Shown piece after piece: positions 1-10,194 of a stretch of 64,000 nt of DNA. This stretch comes from Candidatus Thermosaccharophagus tengchongensis (lineage in GTDB: Bacteria > Armatimonadota > Fervidibacteria > Fervidibacterales > Thermosaccharophagaceae), in assembly GCA_032161105.1 (NCBI GenBank), contig JAVHTD010000002.1; one strand, given 5' to 3'. The position numbers and the translations under genes are program-made. The notes beneath the pieces are model-generated. The model was not told where the DNA came from. It saw only the letters and a list, made by a program, of their open reading frames with translations, and searched no databases. Position 1 is the first letter of the stretch. Every line of letters begins with the position of its first letter.

Positions 1-240
1 AGCGTCCCGAGGGAAAACGCGATGTTGCCATCGGTGAGCGGCATTTGGGCGGCTGCTGACTGGCTTGAGCGTGAGGCTTATGACCTCATGGGTGTGCTCT
101 TTGAAGGGCATCCCAACTTGAGGAGGATACTACTGCCGCATGATTGGGAGGGGCATCCGCTCCGCAAGGACTACGCTTATGACCCGATAGAGTTTGATGA
201 AGAGTATGCTGCGAAGGTGCGGCGTGGTGAGATGCCTTGA
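1..240 (+). CDS. nuoC: NADH-quinone oxidoreductase subunit C, C-terminal fragment (5' end outside window)
   Basis: Frame 1 is open from base 1. The tail [38 protein letters not shown] is the conserved NuoC/30-kDa C-terminus, and nuoD follows directly. Confidence 0.9.
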   Translation, partial: SVPRENAMLPSVSGIWAAADWLEREAYDLMGVLFEGHPNLRRILLPHDWEGHPLRKDYAYDPIEFDEEYAAKVRRGEMP

Positions 241-296
241 AGCTGCGAGGCAATTGCCGAAGCGACTTCAATGGCTCTGTGCAGCCAAGTCAGTTG

Positions 297-1430
297 ATGG
301 TTGAGGAGGCACGCCCAGGTGAGGCACTCAAGACCGACCGACTCATCCTCAACATGGGACCACAACACCCGAGCACTCACGGCGTGCTGCGCATGATACT
401 CACCGTTGATGGCGAGTGGGTTGTTTCAGCGGAGCCGGATATAGGCTACCTGCACAGGGGCTTTGAGAAGCTCGCAGAGATGCGCGAGTATGAGCAGACG
501 ATTTTCCTGAGCGACCGATGGGACTACCTCTCATCAATGAGCAACAACATCGCCATGTCGCTTGCGGTTGAGAGATTGCTTGACATTCAAGTCCCAGAGA
601 GGGCGCAGTGGATACGAATGCTTGTCGCCGAGTTGCAGCGCATAGCATCCCACCTTGTGTTCATCGCAGCATACGGTTTGGACACAGGTGCTATGACGCC
701 CTTCTTTTACTGCTTCCGTGAGAGGGAGCGCATAGTCACGCTGTTTGAAATGCTTTGTGGGGCGAGATTGACATATCACTATGTTCGGATTGGTGGCGTA
801 GCAGCTGACCTCCCGGATGGCTTCCTTGAGGAGCTTGAATCCCTCATCCCGATGCTGCGCAGCGGGTTTGACGAAATTGACGAGCTGCTCATCTTCAACC
901 CGATCTTCATGGAGCGCACAAAGGGGGTTGGAATTATACCGCCTCACTTGGCTGTGAGCTACGGTCTTTCCGGTCCGATGATAAGGGCAAGCGGCATACC
1001 GTATGATGTGCGCAGGTGTCACCCTTATCTCCTTTACGATGCCGTTGATTGGGATGTGGTCACGCATGATGGCTGTGACAGTTGGGCACGAGTTTGGGTG
1101 CGCTCGCAGGAGATGCGTCAAAGCCTGCGCATAGTTGAGCAAGCAATTGAACATCTCAAGGGTATGCCAAAGGGCGAGGTGAGGGCAAAGCTCGGAAGGT
1201 CAATTCGCCCGCCTAAGGGGGATTGCTATGTTGCAATAGAGTCGCCGAGGGGCGAACTCGGAATTTACATTGTGAGTGATGGCTCAACAAAACCATACAG
1301 GGTGAAAATACGGGGACCGTCATTCGTCAACCTCTCAATTGCGCCGAGGGTGCTTCCCGGAGTGAAGATCGCAGACCTCGTGGCGATACTCGGCAGCTTT
1401 GACCTTGTCATGGGAGAGGTGGACAGATGA
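297..1430 (+). CDS. nuoD: NADH-quinone oxidoreductase subunit D
   Basis: LILNMGPQHPSTHGVLR and the C-terminal SFVNL...DLVAILGSFDLVMGEVDR are NuoD/49-kDa hallmarks. I chose ATG 297 over the TTG at 237 listed in the ORF track. Confidence 0.93.
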   Translation: MVEEARPGEALKTDRLILNMGPQHPSTHGVLRMILTVDGEWVVSAEPDIGYLHRGFEKLAEMREYEQTIFLSDRWDYLSSMSNNIAMSLAVERLLDIQVPERAQWIRMLVAELQRIASHLVFIAAYGLDTGAMTPFFYCFRERERIVTLFEMLCGARLTYHYVRIGGVAADLPDGFLEELESLIPMLRSGFDEIDELLIFNPIFMERTKGVGIIPPHLAVSYGLSGPMIRASGIPYDVRRCHPYLLYDAVDWDVVTHDGCDSWARVWVRSQEMRQSLRIVEQAIEHLKGMPKGEVRAKLGRSIRPPKGDCYVAIESPRGELGIYIVSDGSTKPYRVKIRGPSFVNLSIAPRVLPGVKIADLVAILGSFDLVMGEVDR

Positions 1431-2488
1431 ACCGAATTGGGTTGGCATGGCTGTGTGAGAGGCTCCTCAGGTGGACTGGTGTGCCGGTTGAATTCTGGGT
1501 TGGTCTTGTGGTTGCCGTGATCATTTTCCTCTTCATGAGCGTCGTTGTGCTTGCGCTCGTCTATCTATTTCGCAAGTTTGCCGGCTTCATACAGGTGCGC
1601 CTCGGTCCAAGGTATGTCGGACCAAGGGGTGTGCTGCAGACCATCTGCGATGCTATCAAGTTACTCGCCAAGGAGGACATCATACCAGCCGAAGCTGACA
1701 GGGGTATATTCATTGCTGCGCCATTGATTGTTTTCCTTCCGGCATATCTCGTCTACATCGTCATACCGCTTGGGCAGCCGCCGCACTTCCAGCCGAAGGA
1801 CTTGAACTTGGGTATCCTGTATGTGCTCGCCATAACTTCAATCACCGTTGTCGGGATAATAACAGCCGGATGGGCTTCCGGAAGCAAGTGGGCAACAATC
1901 GGCGGCATGCGCAGCGGTGCTCAGCTTATCTCTTACGAGGTGCCAATGTCTCTTGCAGTGCTCATCCCTGTGCTCATCTCGGGCTCGCTCAGCATGAAGG
2001 ACATAGCGGAAGCACAGGGGAATCGCTTCTGGAACTGGAACGCATTCAACATCAACTACTTCGGGTTGACGCTTGTAGCCTTCATCGTCTACATGATATG
2101 CGCTCTCGCCGAAACAAACCAAATACCGTTTGACCTGCCGGAAGCGGAGAGCGAGTTAGTTGCCGGCTACAATGTAGAATACAGCGGGATTCGCTTTGCC
2201 TTCTTCTTCCTTGCCGAGTTCTCCAACCTGTTCGTTGTCTGCGCAATTGCCACCACGCTTTTCCTTGGCGGCTGGCATGCTCCACTTCCGTTCATGCCCG
2301 ATGATGGGCTTTGGTCTGTGGTTTGGTTCATGCTCAAGACTTGGGCTCTCGTCTTTATCGCCCTTTGGATAAGGTCAACTTATCCGAGGGTGCGAATTGA
2401 CCAACTTATGGAATTCGCATGGAAGAGGTTGTTTCCCGTCATGCTCGCCGAATTGGGCATAGTGTCGCTCTTGGTTGCGCTGAGGTGA
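1427..2488 (+). CDS. nuoH: NADH-quinone oxidoreductase subunit H
   Basis: GPRGVLQTICDAIKLLAKED and AETNQIPFDLPEAESELVAGYNVEYSG are NuoH/ND1 motifs. The ATGA start overlaps the nuoD stop. Confidence 0.93.
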   Translation: MNRIGLAWLCERLLRWTGVPVEFWVGLVVAVIIFLFMSVVVLALVYLFRKFAGFIQVRLGPRYVGPRGVLQTICDAIKLLAKEDIIPAEADRGIFIAAPLIVFLPAYLVYIVIPLGQPPHFQPKDLNLGILYVLAITSITVVGIITAGWASGSKWATIGGMRSGAQLISYEVPMSLAVLIPVLISGSLSMKDIAEAQGNRFWNWNAFNINYFGLTLVAFIVYMICALAETNQIPFDLPEAESELVAGYNVEYSGIRFAFFFLAEFSNLFVVCAIATTLFLGGWHAPLPFMPDDGLWSVVWFMLKTWALVFIALWIRSTYPRVRIDQLMEFAWKRLFPVMLAELGIVSLLVALR

Positions 2489-2493
2489 GCCGA

Positions 2494-3051
2494 ATGAACG
2501 GCAGCTTCGTGTGGTGGGCTTTCTTCTACGCCCTATCGGCATTCATCCTGCTAAACGCCATCATGGTTGTGGCTGGCAGGAATCTTTTCAGGTGCGCTCT
2601 GCATTTGATGCTCGTGTTCCTCGGCGTTGCCGGGCTGTTCCTGTTGCAAGGGGCGATCTTCTTAGCCGGTGTGCAAGTGCTCATTTACACCGGTGGTGTC
2701 ACTACGCTCATACTCTTCGCCGTCATGCTCAGCGAGGAGGTCGTTGGGAAGGGGAGGCGGCTTGTGAGTGCGAATGTGGGCATCGGTATAAGCGCAGCCG
2801 TGTGCTTCTTTGGTCTGGCGCTGACCATCTTGGGCACAGCGGTTGTCAAGCTGCCGGCAAACTATGAGGTGCAGATTGCACCGCTGGCGCAGTTCGTTGC
2901 AGAGGCGGCTTCCTCACCGATGGGTAATGTGCGCGCTGCCGGTGTAGGATTGGTCACGCAATTCCTTGTGCCATTTGAGTTTGCATCCGTGCTCCTGCTG
3001 GTTGCGGTTGTCGGCGCAATAACTGTTGCAAGGCTCGCCGGTGGCAAGTGA
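2494..3051 (+). CDS. nuoJ: NADH-quinone oxidoreductase subunit J
   Basis: Small multi-TM protein with LFLLQGAIFLAGVQVLIYTGGVTTLILFAVML (NuoJ/ND6-like), sitting between nuoH and nuoK. ATG 2494 lies 5 nt after the nuoH stop. Confidence 0.85.
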   Translation: MNGSFVWWAFFYALSAFILLNAIMVVAGRNLFRCALHLMLVFLGVAGLFLLQGAIFLAGVQVLIYTGGVTTLILFAVMLSEEVVGKGRRLVSANVGIGISAAVCFFGLALTILGTAVVKLPANYEVQIAPLAQFVAEAASSPMGNVRAAGVGLVTQFLVPFEFASVLLLVAVVGAITVARLAGGK

Positions 3052-3108
3052 GTTTATCCATGCCGTGAAAGGTCGGATCGGCAGGTGTTAATGATGGGAG
3101 TGTGGCTC

Positions 3109-3405
3109 ATGCATTACTTGGTTCTCTCGGCGCTGCTCTTCTCAATCGGAATTTACGGCGTGCTCACGAGGCGAAACGCAATCGCGATCCTGATGGGGAT
3201 AGAACTTATGCTCAATGCCGTCAACCTCAACTTTGTGGCTGTGTGCTTCGCCTTAACGCCAAATCAGATAACGGGACAGCTATTTGCAGCTTTTGTGATC
3301 GTAGTTGCTGCCGCTGAAGCTTGCATAGGGTTTGCCCTCATCATAGCCATCTACAGGAACTTCGGGAAGGTAAATGTGGATGACATTAACATCATGCGGT
3401 GGTAG
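3109..3405 (+). CDS. nuoK: NADH-quinone oxidoreductase subunit K
   Basis: LVLSALLFSIGIYGVLTRRNAIAILMGIELMLNAVNLNFVA is a near-consensus NuoK/ND4L sequence. A GGGAG RBS lies 8 nt upstream of ATG 3109. Confidence 0.92.
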   Translation: MHYLVLSALLFSIGIYGVLTRRNAIAILMGIELMLNAVNLNFVAVCFALTPNQITGQLFAAFVIVVAAAEACIGFALIIAIYRNFGKVNVDDINIMRW

Positions 3406-3428
3406 GCTGCCTGCGAAGGGGTGAGAGG

Positions 3429-5480
3429 ATGAGCATTGCTTCAGTTGTGCCATTGCTCATTTTGGGATTGCCGTTTCTGGCATTCCTAATCTGCGCGCTG
3501 GTCGGATATAAATTGCGCGAGCGCGCCGCATTGGTTGCGCTGTCACTTGTCGGTCTGTCATCGTTACTCTGCCTCTTTACATTCGGCGCCGCAATCATCT
3601 CAGCCTGCTCGGGAAAGGATGTCCTTGCGCAGGGCGTCTGGATGCGCATTCAAGTTGGCAGTGGTAAGGCACAGCTCACAATCCCGATCGGTTACATCAT
3701 TGATCCCCTCACATCCGTTATGCTTTTCGTCGTAGGCTTCATCGGATGGTGGATAATGCTCTATTCAGTCGGATACATGCACGGCGATGTGCGCTATCAC
3801 CGTTACTTCGCATACATGTCGCTGTTCATGGCGTCCATGCTCGGGCTTGTGCTCGCAAACAACTTTGTGATGCTTTACATCTGCTGGGAACTCGTCGGGC
3901 TGTGCTCCTACCTCCTCATCGGCTTTTGGTATGAGCGTGAAGCAGCTATGCGTGCATGCAAGAAGGCTTTTATAGTGACGAGGCTCGGCGACACCGGGTT
4001 TGCGCTCGGCATCTTCCTCATCGCTGCAATCACTGGCAGCGTTCTCTTTTACTCCACCGACGGCATTGATGGCATCTTCACATTGCTTCGTGATGGTTCG
4101 CTACCGCATAGCAACCTTCTTGCGCTCGCCCCCATTTTGCTCTTCTTCGGGGCAATCGGCAAGTCGGCACAATTCCCATTGCATGTTTGGCTTCCGGACG
4201 CGATGGAAGGACCAACGCCAGTCAGTGCTTTAATTCACGCTGCCACAATGGTTGCAGCCGGTGTTTACATGGTCGCAAGATGCTATGTGCTGTTTGATGA
4301 GCGCATCGTCGGCGTGTTGACGCTGTTTGGAAACACAGTGGCATTGTCGTCGGGTAAATTCGTCGCACATATTGGGTGCTTCACCGCCTTCATGGCTGCC
4401 ACAATCGCCCTTGTGCAGACCGACATCAAGCGCATACTCGCATACTCAACTATAAGCCAACTCGGCTACATGATGATGGGGCTCGGGCTCGGCGCATATT
4501 CAGCCGGCACATTCCATCTGATGACGCACGCCTTCTTTAAAGCGCTGTTGTTCCTATGTGCCGGAAGCGTCATCCATGCTATGCAGACAAATGAGATCTT
4601 TCACATGGGCGGTCTGAGAAGAGCCATGCCGATAACATTTGCCACTTATCTGATTGGCATGGCGGCACTCGCCGGAATACCGCCGCTTTCCGGCTTTTGG
4701 AGCAAGGATGAGATATTGGCACATGCCTTCTCACACAACAAGCTGCTATGGGCTGTCGGTGAAGTGACGGCATTCCTTACGGCTCTTTATATGGCGAGGC
4801 AGCTTTGCATCGTCTTCTTGGGTGAGCAAAGGAGGCATGATGTTCATCCGCATGAGAGCCCGCCAGTGATGTTGATCCCGCTCATCATACTCTCCATCGG
4901 GGCTGCGTTTAGCGGCTTTGTCGGGATGCCTTGGGCAAACCTGTATGGCAAGTTCGTGAGCTATGGCGAGTCGCACAGTGCAGGACACGGTTCATCGGCA
5001 TTCGTGATGTTCGTGTCGCTGTGCGCCTCACTTCTTGGCGTCCTATTTGGCTATCGCCTTTATGGCACAAGATGCATCACAAACGCTGCCGAAGACCCAC
5101 TTCGGTCACTCCTCGGCGGAGCTTACTCGTTCCTTGAAGCCAAATGGCACTTGGATTGGTATGAGGGCGCAAGGGTGAGGCGGGCTTTCTTTGGCACCGT
5201 TAACCGTTGCAGGGCATTTGACCTCGGCGTTGTTGACGGCTTTGTGAATCTCATCGGGTGGACTACGGCTTATGTCCTCGCATATCTGCATCGCTGCTTT
5301 GACCTATACATCGTTGACGGCGTAGTCAATGGCATGGCATTGTTCACAGGCTTCATTGGCGATGCTCTCAGGCGCATACAAACCGGCTTTGTGCGCCACT
5401 ACATGCTCTTCGTGCTCATCGGATTTGTTGTTCTCATTGCCCTCACTATGTGGCGGGCAATCCTGCTCGCACACCTGTAA
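3429..5480 (+). CDS. nuoL: NADH-quinone oxidoreductase subunit L
   Basis: WELVGLCSYLLIGFW, GKSAQFPLHVWLPDAMEGPTPVSALIHAATMV and the long C-terminal extension are typical of NuoL/ND5. Confidence 0.93.
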   Translation: MSIASVVPLLILGLPFLAFLICALVGYKLRERAALVALSLVGLSSLLCLFTFGAAIISACSGKDVLAQGVWMRIQVGSGKAQLTIPIGYIIDPLTSVMLFVVGFIGWWIMLYSVGYMHGDVRYHRYFAYMSLFMASMLGLVLANNFVMLYICWELVGLCSYLLIGFWYEREAAMRACKKAFIVTRLGDTGFALGIFLIAAITGSVLFYSTDGIDGIFTLLRDGSLPHSNLLALAPILLFFGAIGKSAQFPLHVWLPDAMEGPTPVSALIHAATMVAAGVYMVARCYVLFDERIVGVLTLFGNTVALSSGKFVAHIGCFTAFMAATIALVQTDIKRILAYSTISQLGYMMMGLGLGAYSAGTFHLMTHAFFKALLFLCAGSVIHAMQTNEIFHMGGLRRAMPITFATYLIGMAALAGIPPLSGFWSKDEILAHAFSHNKLLWAVGEVTAFLTALYMARQLCIVFLGEQRRHDVHPHESPPVMLIPLIILSIGAAFSGFVGMPWANLYGKFVSYGESHSAGHGSSAFVMFVSLCASLLGVLFGYRLYGTRCITNAAEDPLRSLLGGAYSFLEAKWHLDWYEGARVRRAFFGTVNRCRAFDLGVVDGFVNLIGWTTAYVLAYLHRCFDLYIVDGVVNGMALFTGFIGDALRRIQTGFVRHYMLFVLIGFVVLIALTMWRAILLAHL

Positions 5481-5522
5481 GCGCGCTTGAATGCTGGAAG
5501 GTGTGGAAAGGGTGAATGAGCG

Positions 5523-7082
5523 ATGAACGAGGGTGTTGGGATATTGAGTGCGATAACTTTTCTTCCGGCGCTCGGGGCACTGCTTGTCGTTTTGACGCCG
5601 AGGGAACGCGTCTCACTCATAAGGGCGATAGCGCATTGCATAAGCGCGTTTGTGCTCATACTATCGCTCTTTATGTTTGCCGATTTGGATAGGACCTCGC
5701 CGCACATGCAGTTTGTTGAGCGCTTCCTTTGGATACCCACCATCAACATCAGATACTACTTCGGTGTTGACGGCTTGAGTGCGCCGCTTGTTGTGCTCAC
5801 AGCTTTGCTTTCTTTCCTGTCAATCGTCTACTCGCCAACCGCAATACGGCATCGTGAGAAGGAATATTATGCGCTCTTCCTCCTTCTCGAGACCGGCATG
5901 ATTGGCGTCTTCACGGCGCTTGACTTCATCTTCTTCTACATCTTTTGGGAGGTCAGCCTTGTGCCAATGTATTTCCTCATCGGGATCTGGGGCGGTCCAA
6001 AGCGAGAATATGCAGCCATCAAGTTTTTCCTCTACACGCTGTTCGGCTCGGTGTTCATGCTGCTTGCCATACTCACGCTTTACTACTTCAGCGGACCGCC
6101 ATCGTATGACCCGACGCAGCCTCGCACATTTGACATGTTGGAGTTGATAAGGCAACAGCCGCTCAGCGGGCACATCGTAGCGCAGCTGCTTTGCTTCCTC
6201 GGCTTCTATCTTGCGTTTGCAATCAAGGTGCCCGTCTTCCCATTCCACACATGGCTTCCGGATGCGCATGTTGAAGCGCCGACAGCCGGCAGCGTCTTGC
6301 TCGCTGGAATATTGCTGAAGATGGGGACTTACGGCATGGTGCGCGTCTTGCTGCCTTTGTTCCCGGTGGCTTGCTCAATCTTTTGGAAACCATTGGCGGT
6401 GCTCGCCATCATAAACATCATCTATGGCGCTCTGGTTGCTATGGGGCAGGATGACTTGAAGAAGCTCGTTGCATACTCAAGCATTGCTCACATGGGCTTT
6501 GTCATGCTCGGTGTGGCTGCTGCGGCAAGGGCAACTTCCGATGTCCCAAGTGCCTTATTGGAAGCGCTCATTCGGGCGAAGGTCATTGCGCTCACCGGAG
6601 CAACGCTTGAAATGATTGCTCACGGTCTTATCACCGGAAGTTTGTTCCTGCTTGTTGGCGTCATCTACGAGCGTGTTCACCATCGTGACCTCAACTCCTT
6701 TGGCGGGCTGTGGAATCAAATGCCGGTCTACAGCGCTGTGCTCGCATTCATGGCATTGGCATCGCTCGGCTTGCCCGGGCTGGTTGGCTTCTGGGCAGAG
6801 TTCATGGCTCTGATGGGGGCGTTTGGAGTGTATGGTCATTTTGCATGGCTCGCCGTATTTGGCATTGTCATAGTCGCGGCTTTCTTCCTTTGGATGCTCC
6901 AAAGGATGCTCATGGGCTCTTTGCCGAAGGGTTATGAGACCCTCAAGGACATGGACATGCGCGAATGCATATCGCTCTTCCCGCTTGTCTTCCTTGTCTT
7001 CCTGCTCGGAGTATATCCGCAGCTTTTGCTTGAGCCGATAAGCGCGGTCATGATGCACATCGTAAAATCAATGCCGTTATAA
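5523..7082 (+). CDS. nuoM: NADH-quinone oxidoreductase subunit M
   Basis: FFYIFWEVSLVPMYFLIGIWGG and FAIKVPVFPFHTWLPDAHVEAPTAGSVLLAGILLK are NuoM/ND4 motifs. Confidence 0.93.
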   Translation: MNEGVGILSAITFLPALGALLVVLTPRERVSLIRAIAHCISAFVLILSLFMFADLDRTSPHMQFVERFLWIPTINIRYYFGVDGLSAPLVVLTALLSFLSIVYSPTAIRHREKEYYALFLLLETGMIGVFTALDFIFFYIFWEVSLVPMYFLIGIWGGPKREYAAIKFFLYTLFGSVFMLLAILTLYYFSGPPSYDPTQPRTFDMLELIRQQPLSGHIVAQLLCFLGFYLAFAIKVPVFPFHTWLPDAHVEAPTAGSVLLAGILLKMGTYGMVRVLLPLFPVACSIFWKPLAVLAIINIIYGALVAMGQDDLKKLVAYSSIAHMGFVMLGVAAAARATSDVPSALLEALIRAKVIALTGATLEMIAHGLITGSLFLLVGVIYERVHHRDLNSFGGLWNQMPVYSAVLAFMALASLGLPGLVGFWAEFMALMGAFGVYGHFAWLAVFGIVIVAAFFLWMLQRMLMGSLPKGYETLKDMDMRECISLFPLVFLVFLLGVYPQLLLEPISAVMMHIVKSMPL

Positions 7083-7113
7083 GCGTGCGCTTTAGTTGGT
7101 GAGGTTGGAGGAG

Positions 7114-8649
7114 ATGGATGAACTGATGGTGCTTTTTGGATATCTCGCTTCGGAGATGGTGCTTGCGGTAGGCGGCATAGTGATACTCGTCATTAACTTC
7201 GCATCGCCGCATGTGAGGGGTCGTCATCTTGGCTACCTTGCGGCGTGCATCATCGGGCTGTCGGCATTTCTCATCCCTTGGCAGGGTTGGCTTGCCGCCG
7301 AAACACAAATTGTCAAATCAACCCTCCGCCCGTTCCTCGCCTTTTGTCTATCTCCGGACATGTATGCCACTTACTTCAAGTTTGCCATTGTCATTGGCAT
7401 GCTCATCACCATCCTTGCATCGGTTGACTATGTTGAGGCGAGGCTTGAGGGTGTTTCAGGCGAGCTGTATGCCATGCTATGCTTTGTGGCACTGAGCATG
7501 TCATTCATGGTATCGGCTGTTGAGCTTATAACGCTCTTCCTCGCAATAGAGCTAACAGGCATAGCATCCTATGCTCTTGCGTCCCTTGATGCTTCCAATC
7601 CACGCTCAGCCGAAGCCGGGATCAAATACTTCCTCACGGGCGCAGCTGCAACTGCAGTAAGCCTCTACGGGATGTCGCTCATCTATGCCTTCTCAGGCAC
7701 TACAAACCTTCGCGGGATACTCAGCGCCCATTCGGAAGTCGTTCCACAATGTCCGCACATCGTTCTCGTCAGCCTCGTGATGGTGATGGCGTCACTCGGC
7801 TTTAAGGGGGCACTTGTCCCATTTCATGCGTGGGCTCCCGACACATACGAAGGCGCGCCGACACCGGTGACCACATTCTTGGCTGCGGCATCAAAGGTGG
7901 CAGCAATGGGATTGGTCGCCCGGTTTGTGCTCTTTGGCTTCTCGGAGTCATGCGAGCTGTGGCGTCCCGTGATTTCAACCGTTAGCGCTCTCACGATGAC
8001 CATCGGAAATCTGTTCGCAATACCGCAGCGCAACATGAAACGCATGCTCGCATACTCCAGCATAGCTCATGCCGGCTATATGCTCATCGGGTTGGCTGCC
8101 GTATCGCAGTCCGAGATTGAATCAATGATGGGAAAGAGCCCCCTCGGGCACACCGATGTTTCAATGACCGGATTTCTCCTCTACGCGCTCGGGTATGCAT
8201 TCGCTACAGGTGGTGCATTTACCGTGGTGCTCGCCGTCTCACATTCCATTGGCACGGAGGAGATACCGGGATATGCTGGGTTGTCACAGCGAATGCCGCA
8301 TCTGGCGTGGGCACTCACCATCTTCTTCCTCTCGCTCATTGGCATACCGCCGCTTGTCGGCTTCTTCGCGAAGGCACTCATCTTCGCCGGAGCAATATAC
8401 TCGGGTTTGAGCTGGCTTGCAATCATCGGTGTGCTCAACAGCGTCATCTCGGGATACTACTATCTCAATGTCGTGAGACACATGTTCTTGCTTCCGCCAA
8501 GCGAGCATTCCGTTGAGCGGACCACACCTGCCACCGATGCCGCATTGCTCATAGCATTGCTTGGGACTGTCATGATCGGTCTGCTGCCAAACCCATTCTT
8601 GCGATGGATCAGGGATACGCTTTATGGCGTCATTATAATGCCGCGATGA
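7114..8649 (+). CDS. nuoN: NADH-quinone oxidoreductase subunit N
   Basis: IELTGIASYALASL and GALVPFHAWAPDTYEGAPTPVTTFLAAASK are NuoN/ND2 motifs. The start is uncertain (TTG 7096, ATG 7114 or ATG 7126). Confidence 0.9.
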   Translation: MDELMVLFGYLASEMVLAVGGIVILVINFASPHVRGRHLGYLAACIIGLSAFLIPWQGWLAAETQIVKSTLRPFLAFCLSPDMYATYFKFAIVIGMLITILASVDYVEARLEGVSGELYAMLCFVALSMSFMVSAVELITLFLAIELTGIASYALASLDASNPRSAEAGIKYFLTGAAATAVSLYGMSLIYAFSGTTNLRGILSAHSEVVPQCPHIVLVSLVMVMASLGFKGALVPFHAWAPDTYEGAPTPVTTFLAAASKVAAMGLVARFVLFGFSESCELWRPVISTVSALTMTIGNLFAIPQRNMKRMLAYSSIAHAGYMLIGLAAVSQSEIESMMGKSPLGHTDVSMTGFLLYALGYAFATGGAFTVVLAVSHSIGTEEIPGYAGLSQRMPHLAWALTIFFLSLIGIPPLVGFFAKALIFAGAIYSGLSWLAIIGVLNSVISGYYYLNVVRHMFLLPPSEHSVERTTPATDAALLIALLGTVMIGLLPNPFLRWIRDTLYGVIIMPR

Positions 8650-8681
8650 ACACCGCATGTTAAACTGGTTGGTGATGCCGT

Positions 8682-9131
8682 ATGGCAAAGGAACGCACCT
8701 TCGTCATGCTCAAGCCGGATGCCATCCAGAGACGCCTTGTTGGAGAAATCATCTCTCGGTTTGAGCGCAGGGGTCTTAAGCTCGTCGGTATGAAGATGGT
8801 TTGGATGAGCCGCAATAGGGCTGAGGAGTTATACGCTATGCACAGTGGCAAGCCGTTCTTTGATGCGCTGATAGCTTTTGTGACATCGTCTCCGGTCATC
8901 GTTATGGTGTGGGAGGGAGAGAACGCGGTGGCGGCGGTGAGGCAGCTCATTGGTGCGACAAAGCCGAGTGAGGCAGATGTTGGGAGTGTGAGGGGTGATT
9001 TCGGGTTGAGCGTGACCCTGAATTTGATACACGGTGCGGATTCGCCGCAATCCGCCGAGAGGGAAATGAGCTTGTTCTTCTCGGAGGAGGAGGTCTTCAA
9101 CTACGAGATGTGCGATGAGACATGGATCTAA
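8682..9131 (+). CDS. ndk: nucleoside diphosphate kinase
   Basis: MAKERTFVMLKPDAIQRRLVGEIISRFERRGLKLVGMK and NLIHGADS (active-site His region) identify it. Confidence 0.95.
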   Translation: MAKERTFVMLKPDAIQRRLVGEIISRFERRGLKLVGMKMVWMSRNRAEELYAMHSGKPFFDALIAFVTSSPVIVMVWEGENAVAAVRQLIGATKPSEADVGSVRGDFGLSVTLNLIHGADSPQSAEREMSLFFSEEEVFNYEMCDETWI

Positions 9132-9143
9132 CGGGTGAGTTAG

Positions 9144-10163
9144 GTGAACTGGAAAAGTGATTTTACCATGCATGCGCAACTTCGCGATGCTGAATGGCTC
9201 ACTGCAATTTGGGAACCTTTGGGCAGAGTGGAAAAGTTGCTGCGCGAGTGCGTCAGCACCTCAAGCGGCAGGTTGAGGGAGGTTGTTAACTACACGCTCA
9301 GCTCCGGCGGAAAGCGCATTCGCCCAGTGATTACGCTGCTCTCGGCGCAGGCGGTTGGTGATGTGAATGAGCGCACCATAGCTTATGCAGCTGCGATTGA
9401 GTTGATACATACCGCAAGCTTGCTTCACGACGATGTGATTGATAATGCGAAGGTGCGCCGTGGTATGGTGACGGCGAATGTTCTTTGGGGTGACAGTGCT
9501 GCCATAGTTGGCGGTGACTTCCTTCTCGCCTGCGCCTTTGAATTGCTTTCAAGGTATGCCGATGTGCATGCCATGTGCGATATCGCTGGGACGGCGCAAA
9601 AGATGTGCCATGGTCAGATGCTTGAGTTGATGCACGCTTTTGATACCCAGATGAGCCGTGACCAGTATCTTGAGATTGTCAGGTTGAAGACTGCAGAGCT
9701 GTTTGCCTCGGCGTGCTTTGCCGGAAGCCTTTCCGGCGGCGCTGCCATTGAGGATGCAACTCGCCTGCGCAATTTCGGCTTGCTCATCGGGATAGCTTTC
9801 CAAATCGTTGATGACTTGTTAGACATCGTTGGCAGTGAGAGCGTGCTCGGCAAGCCGATAGGACAGGACTTGAAGAGCGGCAAGATGACGCTGCCCGTGA
9901 TTGAGCTGCTTGAGAAGCTTAGAAGTGAGGGCGATGGACCCCTATTAAAGCGCATTGAAGATTCGCTTAACGAAAGAAGCGTCAGTGACGAACTCGTCTC
10001 CGTGCTGCAGCAACTCATCGTCACTCATGGCATTGATAAGCTTGTCAGGTCGTATGCGAGGCAGCTCTCCCATAGCGCAATAGAGGTGTTGAAGTGCCCA
10101 CCCGCACAGCGCTGTGAGGCGCTCTCAAGCATTGCCAAATTTGTCGTTGACAGGGAGTTATGA
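9144..10163 (+). CDS. trans-polyprenyl diphosphate synthase (long-chain type; hepta/octaprenyl class)
   Basis: Both aspartate-rich motifs are present: LLHDDVIDNAKVRRG (FARM) and FQIVDDLLD (SARM). The start could instead be ATG 9168. Confidence 0.85.
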   Translation: MNWKSDFTMHAQLRDAEWLTAIWEPLGRVEKLLRECVSTSSGRLREVVNYTLSSGGKRIRPVITLLSAQAVGDVNERTIAYAAAIELIHTASLLHDDVIDNAKVRRGMVTANVLWGDSAAIVGGDFLLACAFELLSRYADVHAMCDIAGTAQKMCHGQMLELMHAFDTQMSRDQYLEIVRLKTAELFASACFAGSLSGGAAIEDATRLRNFGLLIGIAFQIVDDLLDIVGSESVLGKPIGQDLKSGKMTLPVIELLEKLRSEGDGPLLKRIEDSLNERSVSDELVSVLQQLIVTHGIDKLVRSYARQLSHSAIEVLKCPPAQRCEALSSIAKFVVDREL

Positions 10164-10194
10164 GCGACAAGCATTGTGCAGGGGTGGTCGCAAA

